This document shows, piece by piece, positions 54,752 to 63,744 of a stretch of 64,000 nt of DNA. The position numbers and the translations under genes were made by a program. The DNA lies in the NCBI GenBank assembly GCA_019114345.1, contig DXFS01000019.1, forward strand, positions 6,989-70,988. Reading direction: 5' to 3'. Numbering within the stretch: position 1 is the first letter of the stretch; every line of letters starts with the position of its first letter. The notes beneath the pieces were generated by a model. The model was not told where the DNA came from and ran no database searches. It was given only the letters and a program-made list of their open reading frames with translations. The stretch comes from Candidatus Agathobaculum pullistercoris. GTDB taxonomy: Bacteria > Bacillota > Clostridia > Oscillospirales > Butyricicoccaceae.

Positions 54752-57130
54752 TTGCTGAGCCATTTGCTGACACAACTGCTGCGGTCCTTCGGAATTTTTT
54801 TCCGTACGATCCGTGCGTTTTTTACCCGCCGGCTGGTGGGTCTGTGGGCGCGTCTCAAGCGGCTCACCAATTTTTCGCGCCAGGCCACAAAGGTGGCTGC
54901 GGATTCGCTGCAGTCCGCGGCGGCAATCGCAAAAAAGCCGACCTCGCGCGGCGATTACGTGGAAACCGGGCGATTGTTCATCTCCAAAAAGTTTTTGCTC
55001 ACGATTGCGGTCGGCATTATCGTGCTGGCGCTGCTGGCATATTTTGTGGCATGGCCGTTTATCCTGAGCCATTTCTTCACCGCGCATTTTTATGTGGAGG
55101 ATTCCCGTATTGATAACTGGACCGGGCGCGTGGTTGTTTATTCGGATGAGGCAAAAACCATCCCGCTCTACGAGGGCAGGCTGGAGGACGGCCTGCTGCA
55201 GGGTCAGGGAAAGGAATACGATGAAACCGGGCTGCTCACCTATGAGGGGGCATTTGTAGACGGCCAGCGGGAAGGAAAGGGTACTGCCTATGAGGCGGGG
55301 ATCCTTTTGTACGAAGGCGACTTTGCCGCCGGGGTTTATGAGGGGCAGGGTACGCTGTATCAGGACGGTGTGCTGCTGTACGAAGGCAGCTTTTCCGGCG
55401 GTGTGCAGTCCGGTGAGGGCACGGAGTATTACGGAAGCGGCAGCGTGCGCTACAAGGGAGCGTTCGCAGACGGCCTGTATGAGGGCCAGGGAACGGAATA
55501 CGACGAGCAGGGCGCCAAAGTGTATGAAGGCAGCTTTTCGCAGGGGCTTTACAGCGGCGAAGGCAGCCTGTATCCGGCGGAAAACGAACGGATCGACGCG
55601 ACTTTTGCAGAGGGCGAACCGGATGGGGCGATCCAGTGGTATAAGTCGGACAAGCTGTATTATGACGGCGAGGCAGACGGCATTACGCCTTCGGGCTTCG
55701 GCACCCTGTATACCCAGAGCGGCAAGACTGCCTATGTGGGGCAGATGGCGAACGGCACGGTCGACGGCACCTGGCTGGTGACGCTGACCGCAGATGAGTT
55801 CCGCGAGGCGCTTGGGGAAAGCAGCACCATTGACTATGACGATGTGAACGGCGGCTTTGTGATTTACTCACCATCCATCGGCCTGTCCGCGCTGTGCAGC
55901 TATCAGACGGCGGACAGTGATCCGGCGGTACATACGGTCTATCTGTCTGCGCCGCGCGAATCCCGTTTTGCGCTGCTGCCGGGACAGGATGGGGTGTCGC
56001 TGACAGACTGGCCGAACCCCACTGTGAGCACACGGAGATACAGCGAGACCGACGGCGTGAACCTGGACTCCGGCACATATTCCAGCGAGGTATATGAGCT
56101 GGACGGCTGCCGCGCCGAGGTGCTGCGTAAAAATGATGAAGCGGTTCTGCTCAGCTGGGCGCTGACCAGCGCCATGCCGGACTCGGATGTAACGAGCACC
56201 TCGCAGGAGGCGCAGGCGGCCGAGGAAGAGCAGAAACAACTGGAGGAATTCCTGGAATCCCTCAGCAATATGTCCGGCACAGGAGCAACACAGACCACAT
56301 CGGAAAATCCCTATTACGGGCAAACCGCAGTGTCAGATGCGCTGGCCGGCTGTATGAACACGCAGGAGGCGGAGGCAGCGGTCGATGCACTGCTGACCTA
56401 TTGGGAGAATGCAGAGAGACGGCTTGCACTGGAGAACAATCTAACGCGCACGCAGGAACTGCTGCGCGATGCGCAGCGTGCCGAGGCAAGCGGCACGGGC
56501 AGCGCGGATGCGGTGGCTGAGCTGGAGGCCCAGCAGAATACGCTGAACAGCCAGATCAACAGCTGCATTGTTGAAATGTCCAAGGCTTCCATGGAGGCTG
56601 CAGATGCCGGCGTGAGCGATCCGTCCCTGTATGCATTAAACGAACTCTCTGTTCTGTTTAATCCGATGACGCTGGATACGGATGATCTGGCGTTGGTTGC
56701 GACGGCCTATGCGCAGGCGCTCGCAGGGGAAAGCGGGACGCAGACCGGCACGGGCGATGCAGCATCCGGCGATGAAACCGAGGCGGAATCGTCCGTGGAC
56801 GGGGAGGCGATCCGGCTGTCCCTGCAGACCTCGCTGGCCGACCTTGCTGCTGCATATAACGAAGTGCAGAGCGCGATTACTGCGTATGAGCAGGCGGCAG
56901 ATGCCGCATCGTCTGCAGCCGGGGCGTATTCGATGGGCACCGGAACGAAGGCGGACTGGTATGATGCCCTGTCCGCGCGCACGGACAGCCAGGTTTCCAT
57001 CTATGCTGCGCTGCGCGCATTTACCAGCCAGGTCAACGCGCTTAACAGCATGACCGGCGGCTGGGTATCGCGCACGCAGGGGTGGATGACAGATGCGCTG
57101 CTGCCGCTTTACAACACGGCCGCGCAATAA
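54752..57130 (+). CDS. membrane-anchored MORN-repeat protein with TolC/OEP-like helical C-terminus
   Basis: one TM; ~8 YEGxFxxGxxxGxG repeats; two helical segments resembling OEP repeats. Confidence 0.8.
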   Translation: MLSHLLTQLLRSFGIFFRTIRAFFTRRLVGLWARLKRLTNFSRQATKVAADSLQSAAAIAKKPTSRGDYVETGRLFISKKFLLTIAVGIIVLALLAYFVAWPFILSHFFTAHFYVEDSRIDNWTGRVVVYSDEAKTIPLYEGRLEDGLLQGQGKEYDETGLLTYEGAFVDGQREGKGTAYEAGILLYEGDFAAGVYEGQGTLYQDGVLLYEGSFSGGVQSGEGTEYYGSGSVRYKGAFADGLYEGQGTEYDEQGAKVYEGSFSQGLYSGEGSLYPAENERIDATFAEGEPDGAIQWYKSDKLYYDGEADGITPSGFGTLYTQSGKTAYVGQMANGTVDGTWLVTLTADEFREALGESSTIDYDDVNGGFVIYSPSIGLSALCSYQTADSDPAVHTVYLSAPRESRFALLPGQDGVSLTDWPNPTVSTRRYSETDGVNLDSGTYSSEVYELDGCRAEVLRKNDEAVLLSWALTSAMPDSDVTSTSQEAQAAEEEQKQLEEFLESLSNMSGTGATQTTSENPYYGQTAVSDALAGCMNTQEAEAAVDALLTYWENAERRLALENNLTRTQELLRDAQRAEASGTGSADAVAELEAQQNTLNSQINSCIVEMSKASMEAADAGVSDPSLYALNELSVLFNPMTLDTDDLALVATAYAQALAGESGTQTGTGDAASGDETEAESSVDGEAIRLSLQTSLADLAAAYNEVQSAITAYEQAADAASSAAGAYSMGTGTKADWYDALSARTDSQVSIYAALRAFTSQVNALNSMTGGWVSRTQGWMTDALLPLYNTAAQ

Positions 57131-57144
57131 GGGAAAGGAAGTGA

Positions 57145-58464
57145 ATGGGCTTGGCTGATTACACCGCCATTGTCGAGGCAGGCAACGCAGTGGTAGACCT
57201 GCTGCGCGACAACCTGACCCCTGAGCCGCTGGGCAACCGCGAACTGATCGCGCTGTGCTCCCCGCATGAGAGCGAAAACAACCAGCTGACGCTGTATCTG
57301 TATCACATCGAGGAAGAAAACCAGAACATGACAAGCGGTTACTACCAGCTGGACCAGACGACCCAGCGCCGCGCAGCAGCGCAGTTTACGCTGCGCTATC
57401 TGGTGACCGCACATTCCAAGGCGCCGGTGCAGCTCCGGCAGGCTGACCAGCACCGCATTGTCGGCGCGGCAATCCAGACCCTGCGCGACAATCCGGTCAT
57501 GCCACAGCAGTACCTTGCGGGTTCGCTTGCGGAGGAGCATGCGCAGCTGCATCTGGCGGTGGAAAAGGTGCCGCTCGAGCAGCTGCTCAAGATCTGGAAC
57601 AACACGTCAAAGGAATATAAGCTGTCCTTTGTGCTGATGGTCACCGGCGTGACGATTGCCTCCAAGCGGAAGCGTCAGGTCACGCGCATCACAGACTTCG
57701 AGGTCTCGGTCAATCCGGAGACACACGAGAGCCTGGTGCAGCGCAGCGTCAGCGCCGTGCTGCGGCTGCGGGACGGCTTCCTGGGCACGCCGATCGAAAA
57801 CGGCGGCGCGCTGTTCCGTATCGACGGGATTCCCAGCCAGCCGCAGGCCAAGCCGGGCGGGTACCGGGTTTGGACCGGCCTCGCGGAAGGACGGCACACC
57901 CTGTCGGTCAGCATGCGCGGTTTCCAGACCGAGGAACTCATCGTGGATATCCGGCCCGGTCAGGTGTGGGAAGGCAGCGCCGACCTCAAGCCCGGGCTGG
58001 GCTATCCGTTTGGAAAGGATGCGGTCACCGTGCGCCTGACCGTGACGCGCGGCGGGCAGCCGTTGGCGGACCAGCCGGTATGGCTGGCCGTGGCTGACCC
58101 TGCACCGCTCAAGCTTGCGCAGGATAAGGCGGAAAAGGGTGCGCAGACGCTGCGCCTGTTCTGCAGGGGAGAGGCGAGCGCGCTGCCCGTGCCGGGCGTA
58201 TTCCTGCTGGAGGAAGGGAAAGCGCCCGAGCTGGTGACACTGCAAGCGGTTGAAGGAGAGGACGGCCGGCTCGCCGTGCCGCTGGCGCATGCGCACGCGC
58301 GCGGCAAGGCACTCCTGCCTGCACAGCAGTACCGGACGGACGGGCAGGGCCGCATCAGCGTGATGCTGCGCGAGGCGGTAAGGCTCGCCGTGTTCTGCAA
58401 TGGCAGCATACAATATGCCGAACCCGGGACAGAAGGGGAGCAGACGATCACCCTTCGGTTTTGA
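57145..58464 (+). CDS. cap/tail terminator Afp16/Pvc16 (DUF4255) with C-terminal extension
   Basis: LTLYLYHIEE, LRYLVTAH, LRDNP, IW...YKLS, then ~250 aa beta-rich extension. Confidence 0.88.
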   Translation: MGLADYTAIVEAGNAVVDLLRDNLTPEPLGNRELIALCSPHESENNQLTLYLYHIEEENQNMTSGYYQLDQTTQRRAAAQFTLRYLVTAHSKAPVQLRQADQHRIVGAAIQTLRDNPVMPQQYLAGSLAEEHAQLHLAVEKVPLEQLLKIWNNTSKEYKLSFVLMVTGVTIASKRKRQVTRITDFEVSVNPETHESLVQRSVSAVLRLRDGFLGTPIENGGALFRIDGIPSQPQAKPGGYRVWTGLAEGRHTLSVSMRGFQTEELIVDIRPGQVWEGSADLKPGLGYPFGKDAVTVRLTVTRGGQPLADQPVWLAVADPAPLKLAQDKAEKGAQTLRLFCRGEASALPVPGVFLLEEGKAPELVTLQAVEGEDGRLAVPLAHAHARGKALLPAQQYRTDGQGRISVMLREAVRLAVFCNGSIQYAEPGTEGEQTITLRF

Positions 58465-58479
58465 TAAGGAGAAAACACC

Positions 58480-58857
58480 ATGGCAAATCCAGTAGTCAAC
58501 ACAGCGGTATGCACCTGTTCGTTCGGCACCCTGCCGATGGTGCTGCCCGTCACCTCACAGCAGACTGTCACAATGTGCGGCATGACGGCAGCGACCATTA
58601 TGGATAACAAATGCACGACCTTTGGCATGTGTTCCTGCCCGGCAAACCCGGCAGTCGCCGCAGCGACCGCCGCAGCGATGGGCGTGCTCACCCCAAGCGC
58701 CTGCATCCCGGTGACCCCGGCGCCGTGGGCGCCCGGCGTGCCGACCGTGACGGTCTGCGGCAAGCTGCTGCTCAATAACACCAGCAAGCTGATGTGCCAG
58801 TACGGCGGCGTGATCCAGGTGAGCATGACGCCGGCGATGACGATCAAAACGCCGTAA
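58480..58857 (+). CDS. PAAR-like spike tip (DUF4280)
   Basis: CSFG, FGMC...NPAVAAATAAAMGVLTP..CIP...W.PG, LMCQYGGVI. Confidence 0.93.
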   Translation: MANPVVNTAVCTCSFGTLPMVLPVTSQQTVTMCGMTAATIMDNKCTTFGMCSCPANPAVAAATAAAMGVLTPSACIPVTPAPWAPGVPTVTVCGKLLLNNTSKLMCQYGGVIQVSMTPAMTIKTP

Positions 58858-58873
58858 AAGAGGAGGGGACGCA

Positions 58874-61030
58874 ATGCGGGCGGAGGAGATCCGGCCGGTC
58901 GATCTGACGACCGGCGCAGGCTATGACAGCCAGTGGGCGCTGATGCGCGACCTGTTCGTCTGGCTCGACCTGCGGCTGTACTATTTCTATGCGCACCATC
59001 AATGGCTCGGCCCGTCGAGCGAGATGAAAAATATGCTCGGGCTGGTCGTGACGCGCGAGGAATTTGAGCACCAGCTGGCCAAATCCGCCCAGATGGGGCT
59101 GGAGGAGGAGCTGGAACCGGAGGAAAGCGCCCAGCTTGGGGAGGCGCAGGCGGCGATTGCCCTGCGGCTGGGACGCACGGGCGATGCGGATATCCCGGTG
59201 CTGCACCTGTTCCAGCGATGCGGGCTGGATGCGTTCGAGCAGAACTGCGTCATACTTGCGTATGCGGCGGTGCTCGACCGCAAGTATGAAAAGCTGCTCG
59301 CCTACCTGCAGGACGACATGACCCGCAAAAGCCCGGGCACTGCGCTGGCGGTACAGCTGTTTATGCCGAAGGGCGGCAATATGGAGCAGTATCTGGCACG
59401 GTTCACCCGTCAGGGACGGTTTTCCCGCCTGTTTGAGCGCGAAGCGCTTGCACGGGGCGAGCTCGTGCTGCACCCGCTGACGCTGGAATACCTTTCGGGC
59501 GGGACGATCGCAGACCGCCAGGGGATGACGGTTTTTGACGGCGCAGTGCGCCGTCCGGACGGCCCGCTCATCGTGCAGGGGGACGCCGCGCGGCGGCTGG
59601 ACCGCATGATGGAGGAGCAGCTGCCCTGTGTGCTCTGCCTGTCCGGCGGGGCGGGCAGCGGCAAACGCTTCCAGATCGAGCACCTGCTTGCACGGCAGAA
59701 AAAGCGCGGCATATTCGCCGATCTGGAAGGGGAGGGCTGGCGCGAGCGCGCCGGGCAGGCGGCGCTTGCAGCCTGCCTGCTGGACGCCTACTTGTGCTTT
59801 TACCATCTGGACAGGGAAAATGAAGCGGGCGATCGGATCGCCGCGCCGCAGCAGATGGTGGATGTGCTCTGCGGCATGGAAACCGGAAAAGACCGGTTAT
59901 TCCTGCTTTCCCGCCTGCCGGTGCGGGCGCGGGTGCAGCAGCTGACTGTGGATTTGGAACTGCCGCCGCTCACGGAAAGCGAGCGGCTTGAGCTGTTCCG
60001 AACCCATCTGCGGGGCAGCCGTCTCGCCCCCGATGTGACAGCCGAAGAGCTGGCGGCGAAATTCCATTTTTCGCCGCAGCAGATCCGGCAGGCCTGCCGG
60101 CAGGCGGCGGGCATGGCAGAGCTGGACGGGAACGATATGCTGGACGGCGTGCAGCTGCATGCCGCCTGCTACCGGCAGGTGGTGCACAAGCTGGGCGACC
60201 TGGCGCACCGCGTACCGGCGGCGTACACCTGGGACGACGTGGTGATGCCCGCCGCGCAGAAGCGGCTGATGCAGCAGGCCTGCGGGCATATCCGGTACCA
60301 GTACCGCGTGTATCATCAGTGGGGATTTGAAAAAAAGGTCGCCTATGGCCGCGGCCTGTCCATCCTGTTCGCGGGCGCGCCCGGCACGGGCAAAACCATG
60401 TGTGCGCAGGTGATCGCGCGCCAGCTCAACATGGAGATGTATAAGATCAATATTTCGCAGATCGTCAGCAAATACATCGGCGAGACCGAGAAAAACCTGC
60501 AGGCGGTGTTTGCGGAGGCGAAAAACTCCAATTGCATTCTGTTTTTTGACGAATGTGACGCGCTGTTCGGCAAGCGCAGCGAGGTAAAGGATTCGCACGA
60601 CCGCAATGCAAACGTCGAGGTCGCGTATCTGCTGCAGCAGATCGAGGAATACGACGGGGTGTGCATCCTGGCGACCAACCTGATCGGCAATATCGATGAG
60701 GCGTTCATGCGGCGCATCACCTATGTGGTGCATTTCCCGTTCCCGGACCGCCGCATGCGCGAGGATATTTACCGGCGCATGATACCGCCCGCCGCCCCGC
60801 TGGCTGAGGATATCGACTGGGGCTTCCTGGCGGAGAAGTTCGAGCTGTCCGGCGGACATATCAAAAATATCGTGCTGTCGGCCGCATTCATGGCGGCAGG
60901 CGAAAACAGCCCGATCGGCATGCGGCACCTGCTGCGCGCCGCGGTGGGCGAAATGAAGAAAAATGAGATCGTTGTCGTGCGGGAGGAGCTCCGGGAGTAT
61001 GCCGACCTGCTGGAGGACGAGGGGGAATAG
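58874..61030 (+). CDS. AAA+ ATPase (Afp15-like)
   Basis: YLQDD, degenerate first P-loop GGAGSGKR; GAPGTGKT, SKYIGETEKNL, FFDECDALFGKRSEVKDSHDR.AN, LSGGHIKN. Confidence 0.95.
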   Translation: MRAEEIRPVDLTTGAGYDSQWALMRDLFVWLDLRLYYFYAHHQWLGPSSEMKNMLGLVVTREEFEHQLAKSAQMGLEEELEPEESAQLGEAQAAIALRLGRTGDADIPVLHLFQRCGLDAFEQNCVILAYAAVLDRKYEKLLAYLQDDMTRKSPGTALAVQLFMPKGGNMEQYLARFTRQGRFSRLFEREALARGELVLHPLTLEYLSGGTIADRQGMTVFDGAVRRPDGPLIVQGDAARRLDRMMEEQLPCVLCLSGGAGSGKRFQIEHLLARQKKRGIFADLEGEGWRERAGQAALAACLLDAYLCFYHLDRENEAGDRIAAPQQMVDVLCGMETGKDRLFLLSRLPVRARVQQLTVDLELPPLTESERLELFRTHLRGSRLAPDVTAEELAAKFHFSPQQIRQACRQAAGMAELDGNDMLDGVQLHAACYRQVVHKLGDLAHRVPAAYTWDDVVMPAAQKRLMQQACGHIRYQYRVYHQWGFEKKVAYGRGLSILFAGAPGTGKTMCAQVIARQLNMEMYKINISQIVSKYIGETEKNLQAVFAEAKNSNCILFFDECDALFGKRSEVKDSHDRNANVEVAYLLQQIEEYDGVCILATNLIGNIDEAFMRRITYVVHFPFPDRRMREDIYRRMIPPAAPLAEDIDWGFLAEKFELSGGHIKNIVLSAAFMAAGENSPIGMRHLLRAAVGEMKKNEIVVVREELREYADLLEDEGE

Positions 61031-61053
61031 GCCCCTGACGGAGAGGATGCAAG

Positions 61054-62571
61054 ATGAAAAAGCAACAACGCAATACACTGGCCGGCAGGCTGGCGCCGCG
61101 GTGCGTGCTGTCGGTCCTGGCGCTGACGGCGGTGGATATCCTGCTGGCGGCTGCCCTGCGGCCGGCCGACGGGATGATCGCCGTATGCATTGGAATGGTG
61201 GCTGCGGGAGCTGCGCTGGCAGCGTGGTGGCTGCACCTGCTCCGGGGCGGGGAGGACGGCGGGCTGGACAGTTTGCGCGCGGCGGTCGAGCGCTGTGCTG
61301 CGGATGAGGCGGACAGACTCCCGTCTGAACTGACCGGACGCACCGATGAGATCGGCGCGCTGGCACAGGCTGTCCAGCGCCTTGCGGAACGGGAGGACGG
61401 ACGGCTGGAGCAGGCCTGCCTTTCCGCCGCACGGGAGGCGGAAGAGCGCGCGAGGCGCGGCATGGCGGAGGAGATTTGCCGGTCTGCGCTGCCGCAGGTG
61501 CTGCCGGATATCCCCAGCCGCGCGAACTTTGAGGTAAACGGGCTGATCGAACAGGGTACAGGCAGGGACAGCCGGTTCTACGATTATTTCTTTATCGACC
61601 CCGGCCTGCTGTGTATCGTGCTGGGGCAGACGCCGGGCGGCGGCGTGGCGGAGGCGCTGTTCATGGTCATCGCACAGACGACCATCCGCAGCCGGCTGCG
61701 TCAGGGCCGGTCACTCGAAGAGACGATGGCGGATGTGAACACCCAGCTTTACGATCTGGGAAATCAGTTCAGCCTGAATGCGCTGGTTGCAACGCTCGGC
61801 ACGGCGGACGGCCGGTTCACCTATGTCAACGCAGGGCAGCAGCAGCCGCTGCTCATGCGCAATGAGGACCGCTATGAATGGCTGGAATCGCCGGTCTATG
61901 CGCCGCTGGGCATGAATGAGAATGTATCCTACCGCTCGCAGGAGCTGCGCTTTAAGCAGGGTGACCGGATTTTCCTGCATACGGCGGGGCTGGCGAACCT
62001 GCAGGACCGGGACGGCGAGGCCTATGGCGGGCAGCAGCTGCGCGCGGACCTGAACACCAGCCGCAGCAAAAACCTGGATGGCGGGGAGCTGCTGCGCTTT
62101 GTTGCCGATAAGGCGCTGGTGCACTGCGGCTCCAGCACGGAAAACGGTGGCTTTGCCATGCTCACGCTGCTGTTCTGCAAGGGCGATAAGGAACTGGCCC
62201 ACTGCGATGTGCCCGCGCGGCCGGAGTATGCATCTGAGGTGACGGAGTTCCTCAAAAAGCAGTTCGAGGACAACGGCATCGACAAGCGCCACTATGCGCG
62301 CGAAGCGGTCGTGGTGGATGAAGTGTTTGCGCTCTGCTGCCGCAAGGCGGAGCCGGACAGCCATGTGATGGTGGAGTGCGGCGTTGCGCCGGACGCCCAG
62401 ATGGTGAACATCCGGGTGACCGCCGTGCTGGGCGGCGTGGACCCGATGGAAAGCACGGATGCTGATCCGACGGAAAACGCGGTCAGCTTTATCCGGGACA
62501 ACGCAGATTACATCACTTTCAAACCGGGAGAGGAGCGGGACACGATCACGATCGTGTGCTTCCTGAGCTGA
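61054..62571 (+). CDS. 2-TM/HAMP-like + degenerate PP2C (SpoIIE) + degenerate anti-sigma HATPase fusion
   Basis: FYDYFFID, ALFMVIAQTTIR, YVNAG; catalytic motifs replaced; C-terminal VVDEVF...DPM domain. Confidence 0.82.
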   Translation: MKKQQRNTLAGRLAPRCVLSVLALTAVDILLAAALRPADGMIAVCIGMVAAGAALAAWWLHLLRGGEDGGLDSLRAAVERCAADEADRLPSELTGRTDEIGALAQAVQRLAEREDGRLEQACLSAAREAEERARRGMAEEICRSALPQVLPDIPSRANFEVNGLIEQGTGRDSRFYDYFFIDPGLLCIVLGQTPGGGVAEALFMVIAQTTIRSRLRQGRSLEETMADVNTQLYDLGNQFSLNALVATLGTADGRFTYVNAGQQQPLLMRNEDRYEWLESPVYAPLGMNENVSYRSQELRFKQGDRIFLHTAGLANLQDRDGEAYGGQQLRADLNTSRSKNLDGGELLRFVADKALVHCGSSTENGGFAMLTLLFCKGDKELAHCDVPARPEYASEVTEFLKKQFEDNGIDKRHYAREAVVVDEVFALCCRKAEPDSHVMVECGVAPDAQMVNIRVTAVLGGVDPMESTDADPTENAVSFIRDNADYITFKPGEERDTITIVCFLS

Positions 62572-62583
62572 ACAGATTATGCT

Positions 62584-62613
62584 GTGCGCCGCATTATGCG
62601 GCGCATATTTTTT
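62584..62613 (+). terminator. intrinsic terminator closing the CIS operon
   Basis: TGCGCCGCA-TTA-TGCGGCGCA followed by TATTTTTT. Confidence 0.8.
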
Positions 62614-62721
62614 GCTGCAGGCTGTGCGTCCGGATTTACAATAAAGATCCTTTCGTGCTATAATAGAGCAAAGCACAGCGCGCCGCGCTGCGCCAACGGA
62701 CAAAAAAGGAGTGACCGCGCT

Positions 62722-63621
62722 ATGGAAAAGCAGATGTTTGGCAATGCACAGATCCTGTCCTGGCTGCAGTATTTTTCGGATAATACCCAGGTCGATCTGG
62801 AAAAGGTCAAAATTTTGGATATCACCCGCAAGAACAAGAACCTGATCCCGACCGTGGAATCCCATGATGCGGTGCTCGTTTTCACCGAGGCCGGTCATGC
62901 GGATATTTTCTATCGCATGTGGGGCGCGGGTTTGGGCGAGTGTGATGTGTGGTACAACAACGGCTCGGAACCCTCCGGACCCATGCTGCACGACAAGGTG
63001 CGCGATATGATCAACCGCGGCATCAATGCGTCCGCTGCCATGCTTATCCTCAACCCGAACGCGCGTTCGACCTATAAGATCGGTATGCAGAATGCGAACT
63101 TTTCGCGCGGCTCGATCCATTACGTCGGCAGCGAGATCCGTGCGGTCATCTTAAACAAAATGCACATTGCGGCGGACGATACGGTGTGCATCGTCTCGGG
63201 CGAGTCGATCGCGGTCGAGTCTGCGATCATCGCGGGCGAGGGCACGGTCATTGCGGTGGAGTACAACCAGAACGACCGCCGCACGATGGAGGAAAACATC
63301 GAGCAGTTCGGCCTGAACAACATCGCGATCATCGACCATGTGGACGATGAGACCATGAAGGGGCTGCCGGTGCCGTCGCTGGCGTTCCTTGTCGCGTCCG
63401 CCAGCATGGAGCAGGAGATCGAATGCCTGCTGCGCCTCAACCCGCATATGGAATTTGTGATTTACACACTGGACTTCCGCTGCGCGGCTTCCATTCCGGA
63501 AATTTTCGCGCGCTATGGCATCGGTGAAACCGAGGTGATCCAGATCGCGGTCTCCCGCCTGACGGGCAAGCACACGTTTGCCGCAGAGCCCGCGCCGTGG
63601 CTGATTTCGGGTAAGGCGTAA
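62722..63621 (+). CDS. precorrin-6B methyltransferase-like protein (CbiE/CbiT-related, divergent)
   Basis: EIRAVILNKM, SIAVESA...GTVIAVE, NIEQFG, IQIAVSR...PWLISG; promoter TTTACA-18-TATAAT at 62635-62664. Confidence 0.7.
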   Translation: MEKQMFGNAQILSWLQYFSDNTQVDLEKVKILDITRKNKNLIPTVESHDAVLVFTEAGHADIFYRMWGAGLGECDVWYNNGSEPSGPMLHDKVRDMINRGINASAAMLILNPNARSTYKIGMQNANFSRGSIHYVGSEIRAVILNKMHIAADDTVCIVSGESIAVESAIIAGEGTVIAVEYNQNDRRTMEENIEQFGLNNIAIIDHVDDETMKGLPVPSLAFLVASASMEQEIECLLRLNPHMEFVIYTLDFRCAASIPEIFARYGIGETEVIQIAVSRLTGKHTFAAEPAPWLISGKA

Positions 63622-63694
63622 ATCAGGGAAAAGCATGGTCGGCTTTTGTGCGTGTCCGTACGGCAGAAACATTTGTTTTTGTGCGAAATGCCGA

Positions 63695-63723
63695 TTGACA
63701 GCGTTTCTTCTCTTTACTATAAT
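63695..63723 (+). promoter_or_regulatory. consensus sigma-A promoter
   Basis: TTGACA-17 bp-TATAAT. Confidence 0.9.
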
Positions 63724-63744
63724 AAAGCTCAGAACAATCAAATC

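Larger units (their letters stand above)
30048..62613 (+). other. contractile injection system (eCIS-like) operon
   Basis: about 27 co-oriented, mostly abutting genes covering sheath, tubes, baseplate, spike, fibre, cap and ATPase; closed by a terminator at 62584-62613. Confidence 0.93.

Noticed and set aside
55150-55680. Periodic DNA repeats of about 66-69 bp
   Set aside because: Explained by protein-level MORN repeats.
32433-61030. Prophage or defective phage tail
   Set aside because: No capsid, portal, terminase, integrase or lysis genes; Afp15-like ATPase, Pvc16 cap and DUF4157 point to a CIS.
32433-61030. Canonical T6SS
   Set aside because: Single-chain sheath and gp19-type tubes; no TssB/C, Hcp, TssJLM, TssK or ClpV motifs.
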